A program made the translations under genes and the position numbers. 64,000 nt of DNA. Origin: Octopus bimaculoides (taxonomy: Eukaryota). The notes beneath the pieces are model-generated. The model was not told the DNA's origin. It did no database searches and saw only the letters and a list, made by a program, of their open reading frames with translations. The stretch spans positions 86,662,595-86,726,594 of the forward strand of contig NC_068990.1 in the NCBI RefSeq assembly GCF_001194135.2, given 5' to 3'. Positions 53,925-64,000 of the stretch are shown piece after piece. Within the stretch, counting starts at the first letter, position 1; the number at the start of each line of letters is the position of its first letter.

Positions 53925-54746
53925 NNNNNNNNNNNNNNNNNNNNNNNNNNNNNNNNNNNNNNNNNNNNNNNNNNNNNNNNNNNNNNNNNNNNNNNNNNNN
54001 NNNNNNNNNNNNNNNNNNNNNNNNNNNNNNNNNNNNNNNNNNNNNNNNNNNNNNNNNNNNNNNNNNNNNNNNNNNNNNNNNNNNNNNNNNNNNNNNNNNN
54101 NNNNNNNNNNNNNNNNNNNNNNNNNNNNNNNNNNNNNNNNNNNNNNNNNNNNNNNNNNNNNNNNNNNNNNNNNNNNNNNNNNNNNNNNNNNNNNNNNNNN
54201 NNNNNNNNNNNNNNNNNNNNNNNNNNNNNNNNNNNNNNNNNNNNNNNNNNNNNNNNNNNNNNNNNNNNNNNNNNNNNNNNNNNNNNNNNNNNNNNNNNNN
54301 NNNNNNNNNNNNNNNNNNNNNNNNNNNNNNNNNNNNNNNNNNNNNNNNNNNNNNNNNNNNNNNNNNNNNNNNNNNNNNNNNNNNNNNNNNNNNNNNNNNN
54401 NNNNNNNNNNNNNNNNNNNNNNNNNNNNNNNNNNNNNNNNNNNNNNNNNNNNNNNNNNNNNNNNNNNNNNNNNNNNNNNNNNNNNNNNNNNNNNNNNNNN
54501 NNNNNNNNNNNNNNNNNNNNNNNNNNNNNNNNNNNNNNNNNNNNNNNNNNNNNNNNNNNNNNNNNNNNNNNNNNNNNNNNNNNNNNNNNNNNNNNNNNNN
54601 NNNNNNNNNNNNNNNNNNNNNNNNNNNNNNNNNNNNNNNNNNNNNNNNNNNNNNNNNNNNNNNNNNNNNNNNNNNNNNNNNNNNNNNNNNNNNNNNNNNN
54701 NNCCATCACCTTCAACTCCACCTTCTCCGTCACCCCGCATCCTCCT

Positions 54747-54779
<33 letters not shown>

Positions 54780-55067
54780 GAACAAATGGAAGGAAAACAA
54801 AAGCTAAACATAATCAAACAGAAACAACAGCAAAAAATTGCTATTATCTCTTATATAACATTTTTTTTCATCGACGTAATTTCAGATATTTTGTATTTTC
54901 TTGTATTGGTTTTGTTTTTGTTGTTGTTGTTGACATTTTGTTGTTGTTGTTGTTGTTGTTGTTTCTTCATTGAATTCTGTGATTCTGTCTTCATTGTTCT
55001 GAAGCCAGCACATGCAAGACCATTCTAACTATTCCTTCTGTGATATGGAAAAATAATGAAAAAGACG

Positions 55068-55755
55068 TGGTGGTGGTGAGATGATGGTGGTGGTAGTGGT
55101 GATAGTGGAGGTGGTGGTGGTTGTGGTTGTGGTGGCTGTGGTTGTGGTGGTTGTGGCGGTTGTAGTGGTTGTGGTGGTAGTGGTGGTTGTTGTGGTTCTG
55201 GTGGTTGTGGTGGTTCTGTTGGTAGTGGTGGTGGTGGTAGTGGTGGTTGTTGTAGTTGTGGTGGTTGGGGTGTTGGTAGTGGTGGTGGTTCTGGTTGTGG
55301 TGGTTGTGGTGGTGGTTGTAGTGGTTGTGGTGGTTGTGGTGGTGGTGGTTGTGGTGTTGGTAGTGGTTGTGCTGATGATGGCTGCGATGGTAGCGGTGAT
55401 GGTTGTGATGGTGGAAGTGATGGTCGTAGTATGGTGGGTGTTGTGGTGGTGGTGGTGACAGTGGTGGCGATTGTTATGAAGGTTGTGGTTGATGGTAGCG
55501 GTGTTAGTAGTGGCGATGGTCGTAACAGTAGTTGTAGTAGTAGTAATAGTAGTATTAGTAGTGGTGGTGGTGGCAGTGGTTTTAGTTGTGGTGGTTATGG
55601 CTATAGTGGTGGTGGCTGTAGTGCTAATAGCATTTGTAGTAGTAGTAGTAGTAGTAGTTGTAGTGGTAATAGTAGTAGCAGTAGTAGTTATGGTTGCTGG
55701 TTGTTGTAGTTGTTGTGGTGGTTTTTGTAGTAATGGCGTAATAGCGGTGGTGGAG
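55068..55755. repeat. About 700-bp mosaic (GTG/GTT/GTA) trinucleotide tract in the last SLC6 intron
   Basis: Directly visible; generates spurious poly-Thr and poly-Val ORFs. Confidence 0.95.
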
Positions 55756-55765
55756 ATGTCAAACC

Positions 55766-55779
55766 GTTGCCTTGGTAAC
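55766..55779. promoter_or_regulatory. Near-consensus RFX X-box GTTGCCTTGGTAAC
   Basis: Matches GTTNCC-NN-GGNAAC at all 10 fixed positions. Function is untested. Confidence 0.4.
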
Positions 55780-56228
55780 GGTGGCACCAACTACATTTTG
55801 CCTCTAAATTATGAACATATTTCTCTATAAATTATTAATTGAAATTTGTCCATGTTCATTATGCATAATGACCATCAACAACACTGCCACCACCACCACC
55901 ACCACCACCACCACCACCTCATCACCACACTATATCGAACACCATGACCACCACTACACCAGCCGAAAACGCAGTGGTCTCTGGTCCTGTTAGAAATGGT
56001 GGCAAAATGATTGACAAATTACAATCATAGACCCTGGAAGAGAAACCACTGCCAGATACATTGTCTGAAAAGAAGGCGACAGGGTCGTGGCTGGAACGCT
56101 ATTTCAATCAACGATCAGGTCAATCAGAGCTTACTGGCGACTAAATACCACCACCATCACTACGACTGCTGCTGCTGCCACTGCTGCTGCTACCACTACC
56201 ACCACTACTACTACTACTACTACTACTG

Positions 56229-56268
<40 letters not shown>

Positions 56269-56377
56269 AACAACAACAACAACAAATACTACTACTACTA
56301 CCATGACCATCACTACCACATTATCACCACTTCTACTGCTGCTGCCCCTGCTGCAGTTGTTGTTGCTGCTGCCACTG

Positions 56378-56444
<67 letters not shown>

Positions 56445-56959
56445 CATCACCACCACATTATCACCGTTTCCCGAATCCTAACTACGTCACTTCCTTCTCT
56501 ACATATCTACAAGCTGATGACTACCGTCTTTCTGTCTTCGGACAATAGAACGAAATGCCTCGACTTTCAGTTGAGATCTCTGAAGAAATTCTATGATAGA
56601 GGAGGAGAAATCTTCACAATAGAAGAATCTTTGTGAAAATAAATACATAAATAAATGCATAAATATAATGTTCATAATATTGGGTTCTGATTCAGACACA
56701 AGGTCACCACTTTTGACGAGGATCAACTTAGTCGTTCACTTTGAGATTAATTTATTTTATCGACGACGAAAGGTGAAGAGCAAGTGTATCCTTGGGAATG
56801 TAAAGAACCAGAAGTAGCATCAAAAGACAGCGTACTACCCTAAAAGTAACATCCTTGTTCTTTTCAACTGAAAGCTGAAATAATTAATGAAGACTCGGCC
56901 AAAAAATAAGGGGTTTGTTTTTAACTTTTTACGATCACGCCCTTTTCCAGTCTCCTCGG

Positions 56960-57360
56960 GCATATAAAAACGGACTAACCTTCACGACCAAATAAAGGCA
57001 ATCAGAGAAAGTTCGTAATGATTTGGTCCTACATGTAATAGAAGTTGTTCGTCAAAATTTCACAAATCAGCAATGCTGGGGCACTGGAATAATCTGTGCA
57101 GTACGGTTTCGTTGCCCTTCGTTCATCTCAGAATGGCGCAGGTGAAAGCAAATGTTAGTAGAGTTTCTTTCCAGCTAGTAATACTCCTCAGCAGCACTGC
57201 CCGGCCGGGGATTTTTGTAGATTATCTATGAGGACCGGGTCGAAAGTCCTCCAGAACATACTCGCCGATTGATTTTGCTCGATCTTCAGAGACCCCCCCC
57301 CCTCAAGAACATAGTCGCCACAATTTGGTCAGATGTATCCGAACGCAAGAAAGCCAACCA
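56960..57360 (-). mobile_element. Decayed Tx1/L1-clade LINE 3' fragment (zf-RVT region)
   Basis: Minus strand WRTFDPVLIDNLQKSPAGQCC*GVLLAGKKLY...ETVLHRLFQCPSIADL* contains the ETxxHxxxxCP zinc-knuckle motif of L1/Tx1 ORF2 C-termini. Confidence 0.65.
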
Positions 57361-57416
57361 TTTATTTAGAATCAGATTACATTCAGTCAAATAGAGGTAG
57401 GCATACATATATGTGC

Positions 57417-57481
<65 letters not shown>

Positions 57482-57774
57482 TGTGCCTGCGCGCGTGTGT
57501 GTTTAGTGTGTGCTTGTATAAAACAGCGGTTTCCAAAGTTTTTGCACTCGTGATCCCTTACCCAAAAGCTTGTAACACATGCGACCCCCTACTATTAGTT
57601 CGTAGTTGAAATTAATATTATTCCAAGCTACTTCTAGCGAACTTACCTGACCTCCTGCCAAGACTTCGCGATGCCCACAGGGGCTCGGGAACCACAGATG
57701 GGGAACCCCTGGTATAAAGGTTATTAATATATATATATATATATCGGTAGCCACTACACATTCTTTTTCTTCCT

Positions 57775-57944
57775 TTTTTCTCTTCTTCATTTTTCCTCTC
57801 CTTGTTTCTTTCTGTGTTCCTTTCAGTGGAAGAGCGTAGGCTCGAAACGTTTAAGACTTCTTCACTTCCCGAATGTTATACTGATACATCTATTTGTTGT
57901 CTACACCACCAGTTTTCGTCTTTTGTTTTTTTTTGGTGACTTCT

Positions 57945-57950
<6 letters not shown>
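57775..57950 (+). mobile_element. Penelope pseudo-LTR-like repeat with a degenerate minimal hammerhead-like motif
   Basis: cttt-CAGTGGA-A-GAGC(GTAG)GCTC-GAAA-CG-TT at 57820-57851. Stem II and GAAA are intact; the core has 2 substitutions versus CTGANGA. Layout matches PLE minimal hammerheads. Confidence 0.55.
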
Positions 57951-57983
<33 letters not shown>

Positions 57984-58156
57984 TATACATATATTCTTGC
58001 CATAGATACATACATATAGATAATGCCGATAAAATCAGATGGTAAAGGGACATCGTAATTGAATACAATAAAATATTTTAGTCCTTTCCATTACATTTTT
58101 TGGATTAATTAATAATTATTAAAAGGCATGAGGAAAAACCAAATATTTTTACTCAC

Positions 58157-58321
58157 CTCTATGAATAATGGACTTTTGAACAGGTAATAAAAGAAATACG
58201 CGGGTATAGATGAAACGCAAATGCCAACGATCATCCAGCCAATCCCGTTGGCCCAGTCCGGGTAGACATAGTCACCGAGGGTCAGACCTTTTTGGTAAAT
58301 TGCGCTGATTATAATCACCAC
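58157..58321 (-). CDS. SLC6 (sodium:neurotransmitter symporter) family transporter, penultimate coding exon (EL6/TM12 region)
   Basis: Translates VVIIISAIYQKGLTLGDYVYPDWANGIGWMIVGICVSSIPAYFFYYLFKSPLFIE, with the SLC6 Y-x-YP-x-W...GW motif before TM12. Acceptor TATTTTTCAG|GTG at 58322/58321 and donor GAG|GTGAGT at 58157/58156; 165 nt, phase 0/0. Resembles the GlyT2/amino-acid subgroup, but orthology cannot be assigned. Confidence 0.93.
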
Positions 58322-59544
58322 CTGAAAAATATACTCATTTGGTCAGTAAAAGAAAACATGCACACATACATGCCCACACACACGCATACTTACATATATA
58401 TATATATATATATATATATANNNNNNNNNNNNNNNNNNNNNNNNNNNNNNNNNNNNNNNNNNNNNNNNNNNNNNNNNNNNNNNNNNNNNNNNNNNNNNNN
58501 NNNNNNNNNNNNNNNNNNNNNNNNNNNNNNNNNNNNNNNNNNNNNNNNNNNNNNNNNNNNNNNNNNNNNNNNNNNNNNNNNNNNNNNNNNNNNNNNNNNN
58601 NNNNNNNNNNNNNNNNNNNNNNNNNNNNNNNNNNNNNNNNNNNNNNNNNNNNNNNNNNNNNNNNNNNNNNNNNNNNNNNNNNNNNNNNNNNNNNNNNNNN
58701 NNNNNNNNTATATATATATATATATATATATATATTTTATATATATACAAATATATATATGTATAACAAAAGATACGTAGCCAATATATCGTGGAGTGGA
58801 CCTGAGTACGAAACCACATGGTTGCAAAGCGAAAATCTTAATCTCATGGCCATGTCTGTGTGTCGCATATCAGAATATCAAAAATAAAACAACATTCTGA
58901 GATACCGTAGAATTAAAAAAAAATGTAGTAGGGATACAAGTTAATGTGCAATACTATGGGATCGATGTGCTTCGACAAATAGGGGATACTTCATTGGCAA
59001 AATCTGAGCACAAAGAGGCTTGCTGCTCAAAGCGCAAAACATTCCAACGGAAATATATATTTGTTGGACCAGAGTAAAAGAAACAGTGAATAATTAAATT
59101 AATGTGAGACATTATTCCAATGACAATTAAAGAGTTAAGTAGCTGAAAGCGAATTCAACAACTTCGACATAAAAAGAAGAGGTAATGAATAATTAGTAAC
59201 TGGTTTTTGCAGTTACCTTTTAATTGAAAATGAATCACCAATGAACGTTCTTTTTAGGCAGAATTATATTTGATTATGTGTGACAATCGATTTATCAATA
59301 TGTTCGAGTACATTTGATAAATGACCTACTACAGTGTTAGATTACGAAGGACCCCACATTCGATTACGTGTGACAACCGATCTATCTCAATGTTAAATGA
59401 CGTGTGTCGCTATATTCGATTACATGTGGCAAGTGATTTATCATAATATTACTGGCAGCAAACAATAATGGTTTCTATCATTGATAACACAAGGATAAGC
59501 AATTTTAGCAAAGAACACAGTCGAACAGAATAGATCTATCGTGA

Positions 59545-59925
59545 GAGATTGACTTGAATGGTAGTTTACTTTATCGACTCTGAAAATCAAATTTGATCTT
59601 GGCTGGATTTGAACTCGAAAGCTCAAAGGATTTAGCTAAATATCATTCGCTATTCTATTACACTACTTAATTCACAACATAACTAAAATAATTAAATTTT
59701 GAAACATTTTCTTTTAACAGTTTTGTTTGAGCAACGAAGAGAGTAGCAAAATCTATAGAGCGTCGGACAAAATGCCGTGCATAGTAATTACGTTTGTTTA
59801 TGTAATGAGTTTACATTAAGTTGAGATCCTTTCAACCCTTCAAAAGTTCTATCAACCTGTGTCGGTTTGATGAAATCCTCCCCTACCTCTCTGTCTAAAT
59901 TTGTAGTCTTGTTATTAAGTTACAA
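59545..59925. mobile_element. Head-to-head pair of diverged family B SINEs (minus about 59545-59665; plus about 59745-59925)
   Basis: The minus copy has TCGAGTTCAAATCCAGCC and GTCGATAAAG. The plus copy has GAGCGTCGGACAAAATGC and CTTTCAACCCTTC. Confidence 0.55.
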
Positions 59926-60211
59926 ACCAGTATTATTGGTAAATATAATGGGGATGGTTTCGAAGTATCACTTCCCCGTGATGTTCCTGAGGCGTTTTAT
60001 TGGGATTAAACAACACACACACACACACACACACAGCACATTTTTGATGCAAGTCTGCTAAAGTGCCGGCCTAATGTCTAAAACCACAAACATCACGTAA
60101 ATTTTCACCCCCAGTTTTTTCGTAAACTGGCGTTACAGAGTTGGCGTAGAAATAATTCTACCGAATCATTAGAAATGTGTTAAAGAAATTTCTTTGCTTT
60201 CTTATCATTTG

Positions 60212-60283
<72 letters not shown>

Positions 60284-60576
60284 ACACACACACACACACA
60301 CACACACAAATATATATACACACACACACACACACTACTAGGCACTGAATTAAATACAAAAGAAACTTTCACAAATTCGATATGCATTATTATAGGGAAG
60401 TAACTATTTGTCTAACATAAATCCAGAAGTCATTGTAGAGAAGCGACCCTCTGAAAGTGAAATCATTCATTTAATTGCAAGTTCATGAATTTGGATAAGT
60501 TCATTCGCCCTTGGGTGACATTTCTATCAATATACGTATTTATCTGAATAACATACATATACACACATATACATAC

Positions 60577-60622
<46 letters not shown>

Positions 60623-60755
60623 ATATATATATATATATAATATACATGTATATATGTATATATATACACACATATATTTATATGATATACATATGTATAT
60701 ATATATATGTATATATATACATGCATATATACATACATATATATANNNNNNNNNN

Positions 60756-60796
<41 letters not shown>

Positions 60797-61164
60797 TACA
60801 TTATACATAATACATACGTATACACGCACACAAAAGCACACACACATACAAACACACATACAAATGCATATATAACATTCTCTACTGTAAACCACTGCAC
60901 GGCTCTTTAACCGAGTGCTACTCATAAGACCAAGAACAACAATACAGGATTTAATCTAAAGATTTTACTTTGCTTCAGGTCAAATAGAAACACCATTGAA
61001 CAAATACTTTCATTAACAATTCGAATCTTTTGCTCGCCGTGCAAGAAAACAAACTTATGTTATTTGTCTGTGCAAACACGGCACAAAGCTGCACTTCACG
61101 GTAACCGAATTTACTCCGAAGTGCACAATTCATTAATTAATGTTATATTGATCTACATATAACG

Positions 61165-61324
61165 ATGCAGGCATGGCTGCTTGCTTAAGAAACTCGTTTT
61201 CTAACCAATTCGTTCCGAGTTCAGTCCCACTGCGATGCACATTGAACAAGTGCCTCCTTACTCTCCTATCCAACTAATGATTTGAGAATGAATTTGGATG
61301 ATGGAATCCGTATAGAAGCCTGTC

Positions 61325-61330
<6 letters not shown>
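61165..61330 (+). mobile_element. Diverged SINE family A 5' half
   Basis: GCAGGCATGGCTG...GAGTTCAGTCCCACTGCG...GAAGCCTGTCGTATATA. Confidence 0.7.
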
Positions 61331-61368
<38 letters not shown>

Positions 61369-62367
61369 NNNNNNNNNNNNNNNNNNNNNNNNNNNNNNNN
61401 NNNNNNNNNNNNNNNNNNNNNNNNNNNNNNNNNNNNNNNNNNNNNNNNNNNNNNNNNNNNNNNNNNNNNNNNNNNNNNNNNNNNNNNNNNNNNNNNNNNT
61501 AAAAGGTGATGCAACAGCATGACTTCAGCCCTGGGTTGAAGCCAGTAAAGGATAAAAGGCACACACACACATACACAGACACACACGCACACACACACAT
61601 ATATATAAACCCCTTCGGTCATATATGACCATGAGATCGCACTTAGAAAGTTCTTCTCCCAGGCACAAGTCCGAGCAAGATTGTGTTTGGAAGGTCAGTA
61701 GTCACTCATACATGTTAACGGCTCCTCTCCATGCCACCGATGTTCAAAGGAAAGACAAGGGCCGATACAGCTTGGCACCAGCTTGTACGTATGTATGTGT
61801 GTGTGTGTGTGTGTGTATATAGCGCAGTTGTTGACACCACGACTTGGTTGTGAAATAAAATTGGCCAGAAACAGTCAAAGAGAAATTGACAGCATTTTAT
61901 ACGTCAACGAGAAACATGATACTAAATGGCAACGACCATAAGCAAACATTAACAACGTTAGACGGGACTGAAAATAAAGTCATATCTAATCACGTTAATG
62001 AATGCTGGAACATTAACGACTGCGTCAATAAGACAAACATCTAACTAACACATATAAACAAATTAAAGATGAATAATAGTCGATGATATGTTCAAATAGA
62101 TTTCTGAGACAAGAAACACTAGACTTACAATGAAGGATTAGACGGATACCATATTAATTGGACGTTATAATCGGGGATATGGAAATAGATTTTCAGAGAA
62201 TTTCAAGATAAGCATGCTCGCCACATACACGTCCATATTGAAATGAGAGGATATGTGGATGTACATGTGAACGTATCGGCACGTGTTCATATTTCATCTA
62301 AGCTTGAAAGTATCTGCCCGTCTATCTATCTATCTGTATTCATGTGACGATGTATGTGTGTGTGTGT

Positions 62368-62407
<40 letters not shown>

Positions 62408-62817
62408 NNNNNNNNNNNNNNNNNNNNNNNNNNNNNNNNNNNNNNNNNNNNNNNNNNNNNNNNNNNNNNNNNNNNNNNNNNNNNNNNNNNNNNNNNNNNN
62501 NNNNNNNNNNNNNNNNNNNNNNNNNNNNNNNNNNNNNNNNNNNNNNNNNNNNNNNNNNNNNNNNNNNNNNNNNNNNNNNNNNNNNNNNNNNNNNNNNNNN
62601 NNNNNNCAGTAACGTTATTATTCTTAGAAATAATATCGTTCTTTTATATTTATATATAAATATGTGTAAATATATTTACACATATGTAAAACTGCGCATT
62701 AAAACACAGACATATTACCACGCTTCGAATACGCATATACCAGTGTGTCTGAATGTGAGTTTGTGCGCGCGCGTGCGTGTGCGTGTGTGTGAGTCTCTAT
62801 GTGTCTATGGTTGAGTC

Positions 62818-62852
<35 letters not shown>

Positions 62853-64000
62853 AAACAAGTAAACAGCATGTACTATCTTCAAATGACTGCTAATAATTTA
62901 TTAAATTATCAATGCGTAAATACATTTGCAAACCAGCTTTCAAATATTAATATATACAAATTCATACAAGCAGAAACCTATTAAAAGAATGCTAACATTC
63001 TAATTTGTAGTTAAACATATGCACTTAAACTCATACAAACATATATGTATTTACGTATAGTTGTATGTATATATATAAATAAATACAGACATCCTCCCAA
63101 CACACACACACACACATAACACATATATATTCATAGAGTTTTTGTTAATAGTTTCAGCAAATTAAATCTCATTTCAGACTTATGAATATTTTACATACGT
63201 ATCATATAATTATCACGGAACTTTTGAGACAAATAAACTTTCATGTATGTAGAAAATGTTTGTCGCAGCATTTAACTAGTTATCGTCGTTGTCTTCAAGC
63301 TGTCTTTGGTTATACTTCACGATGGCCATCAGTAGCGTGAGATTTTGAGAAAGAAAGCGTTAATTTTCAGTGATTACACAACTTTAAAAAAAAAGGGGTT
63401 TATTCCAATGAGTGCTCAGTTGTTTTTCGACTTGTCGGAAATAGGTAAACCAAGAGAAGAAAAAATTCCAATTAATAATGAAAAGAAGGACATCATTGAG
63501 AGCGGATTGCATGAAATAAAACACAAAAGGCAGAATTTGACGAGTAGAAGAGCCATAAAGGAAAAAAGAGAGTGGTTTGTTGCCGAAACAGAATTTTCGA
63601 AGGAATCATTATTTTGACTTGCACGACTATGTGGGTGGTTTATTCTCTGCTTTCACAATTCTGAGCTTGAAAACGATATTCGAAAAGTGCAATTTATGGG
63701 TTTTAAAATTAATGCTGCGCAATTACTGAGTTTCAAACATTCTTAAATAGAGAAATTCTGTGGAGTGTTCAAGTTACTCGAATATCTAAATCTTTTGTTG
63801 GTGAATATATTGTGACTGGAGGCTAAAATTCTGAATTATGTTGGGCTGTAATTTAATTGCGGCGGTGCATATATATGCGTCCTATGTTGGCTCTGTGTGA
63901 GAGATTTAGATTTAGAAGTAAATTAACTTGTGCTTGTTCGGTTGGTATTACTTTTCGTGATGTTCTTACTCTAGCATAAGTGGTGTTTTCTATTTGGAGA

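Noticed and set aside
55029-55790. 253-aa Thr-rich mucin-like ORF, sense to SLC6
   Set aside because: (ACN)n trinucleotide mosaics are stop-free by construction; no convincing splice sites or signal peptide.
56499-56726. Minus ORF as the SLC6 last exon
   Set aside because: No DWGP motif or SLC6 similarity; 51343-51489 fits much better.
63345-63617. 90-aa plus ORF and a hydrophobic minus reading as an upstream SLC6 exon
   Set aside because: No SLC6 TM10/TM11 motifs and no good splice pair; no family recognised.

Overview
AT-rich eukaryotic genomic DNA from a fragmented draft assembly: many N gaps, most abutting microsatellites. The dense (TA/CA/TATG/TATC/trinucleotide) microsatellites and the SINE/LINE repertoire suggest an octopus or other coleoid cephalopod (inference from my recollection of these repeats, not a database search). 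The only well-supported protein-coding content is the last two coding exons of an SLC6 Na+/Cl- neurotransmitter/amino-acid transporter on the minus strand (58157-58321 and 51343-51489, joined by a phase-0 GT-AG intron). Its upstream exons lie beyond the window or in gaps. The rest is repeat-derived: three tRNA-headed SINE families (two copies with clear TSDs), decayed RTE, CR1-like and Tx1/L1-like LINE fragments, two Penelope-like GIY-YIG fragments with degenerate hammerhead-like motifs, a mariner 3' end, a 272-bp fold-back element and local duplications. Nearly all ORFs in the supplied track are artefacts of microsatellites, N runs or antisense reading. I did not find a convincingly new multi-component system. 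The best leads are a pre-miRNA-like hairpin (13883-13974), the fold-back element (24608-24879), an orphan prohormone-like ORF (33351-33677), hammerhead-like relics antisense to the SLC6 intron, a near-perfect RFX X-box, and a possible spliced SLC6 3'UTR.
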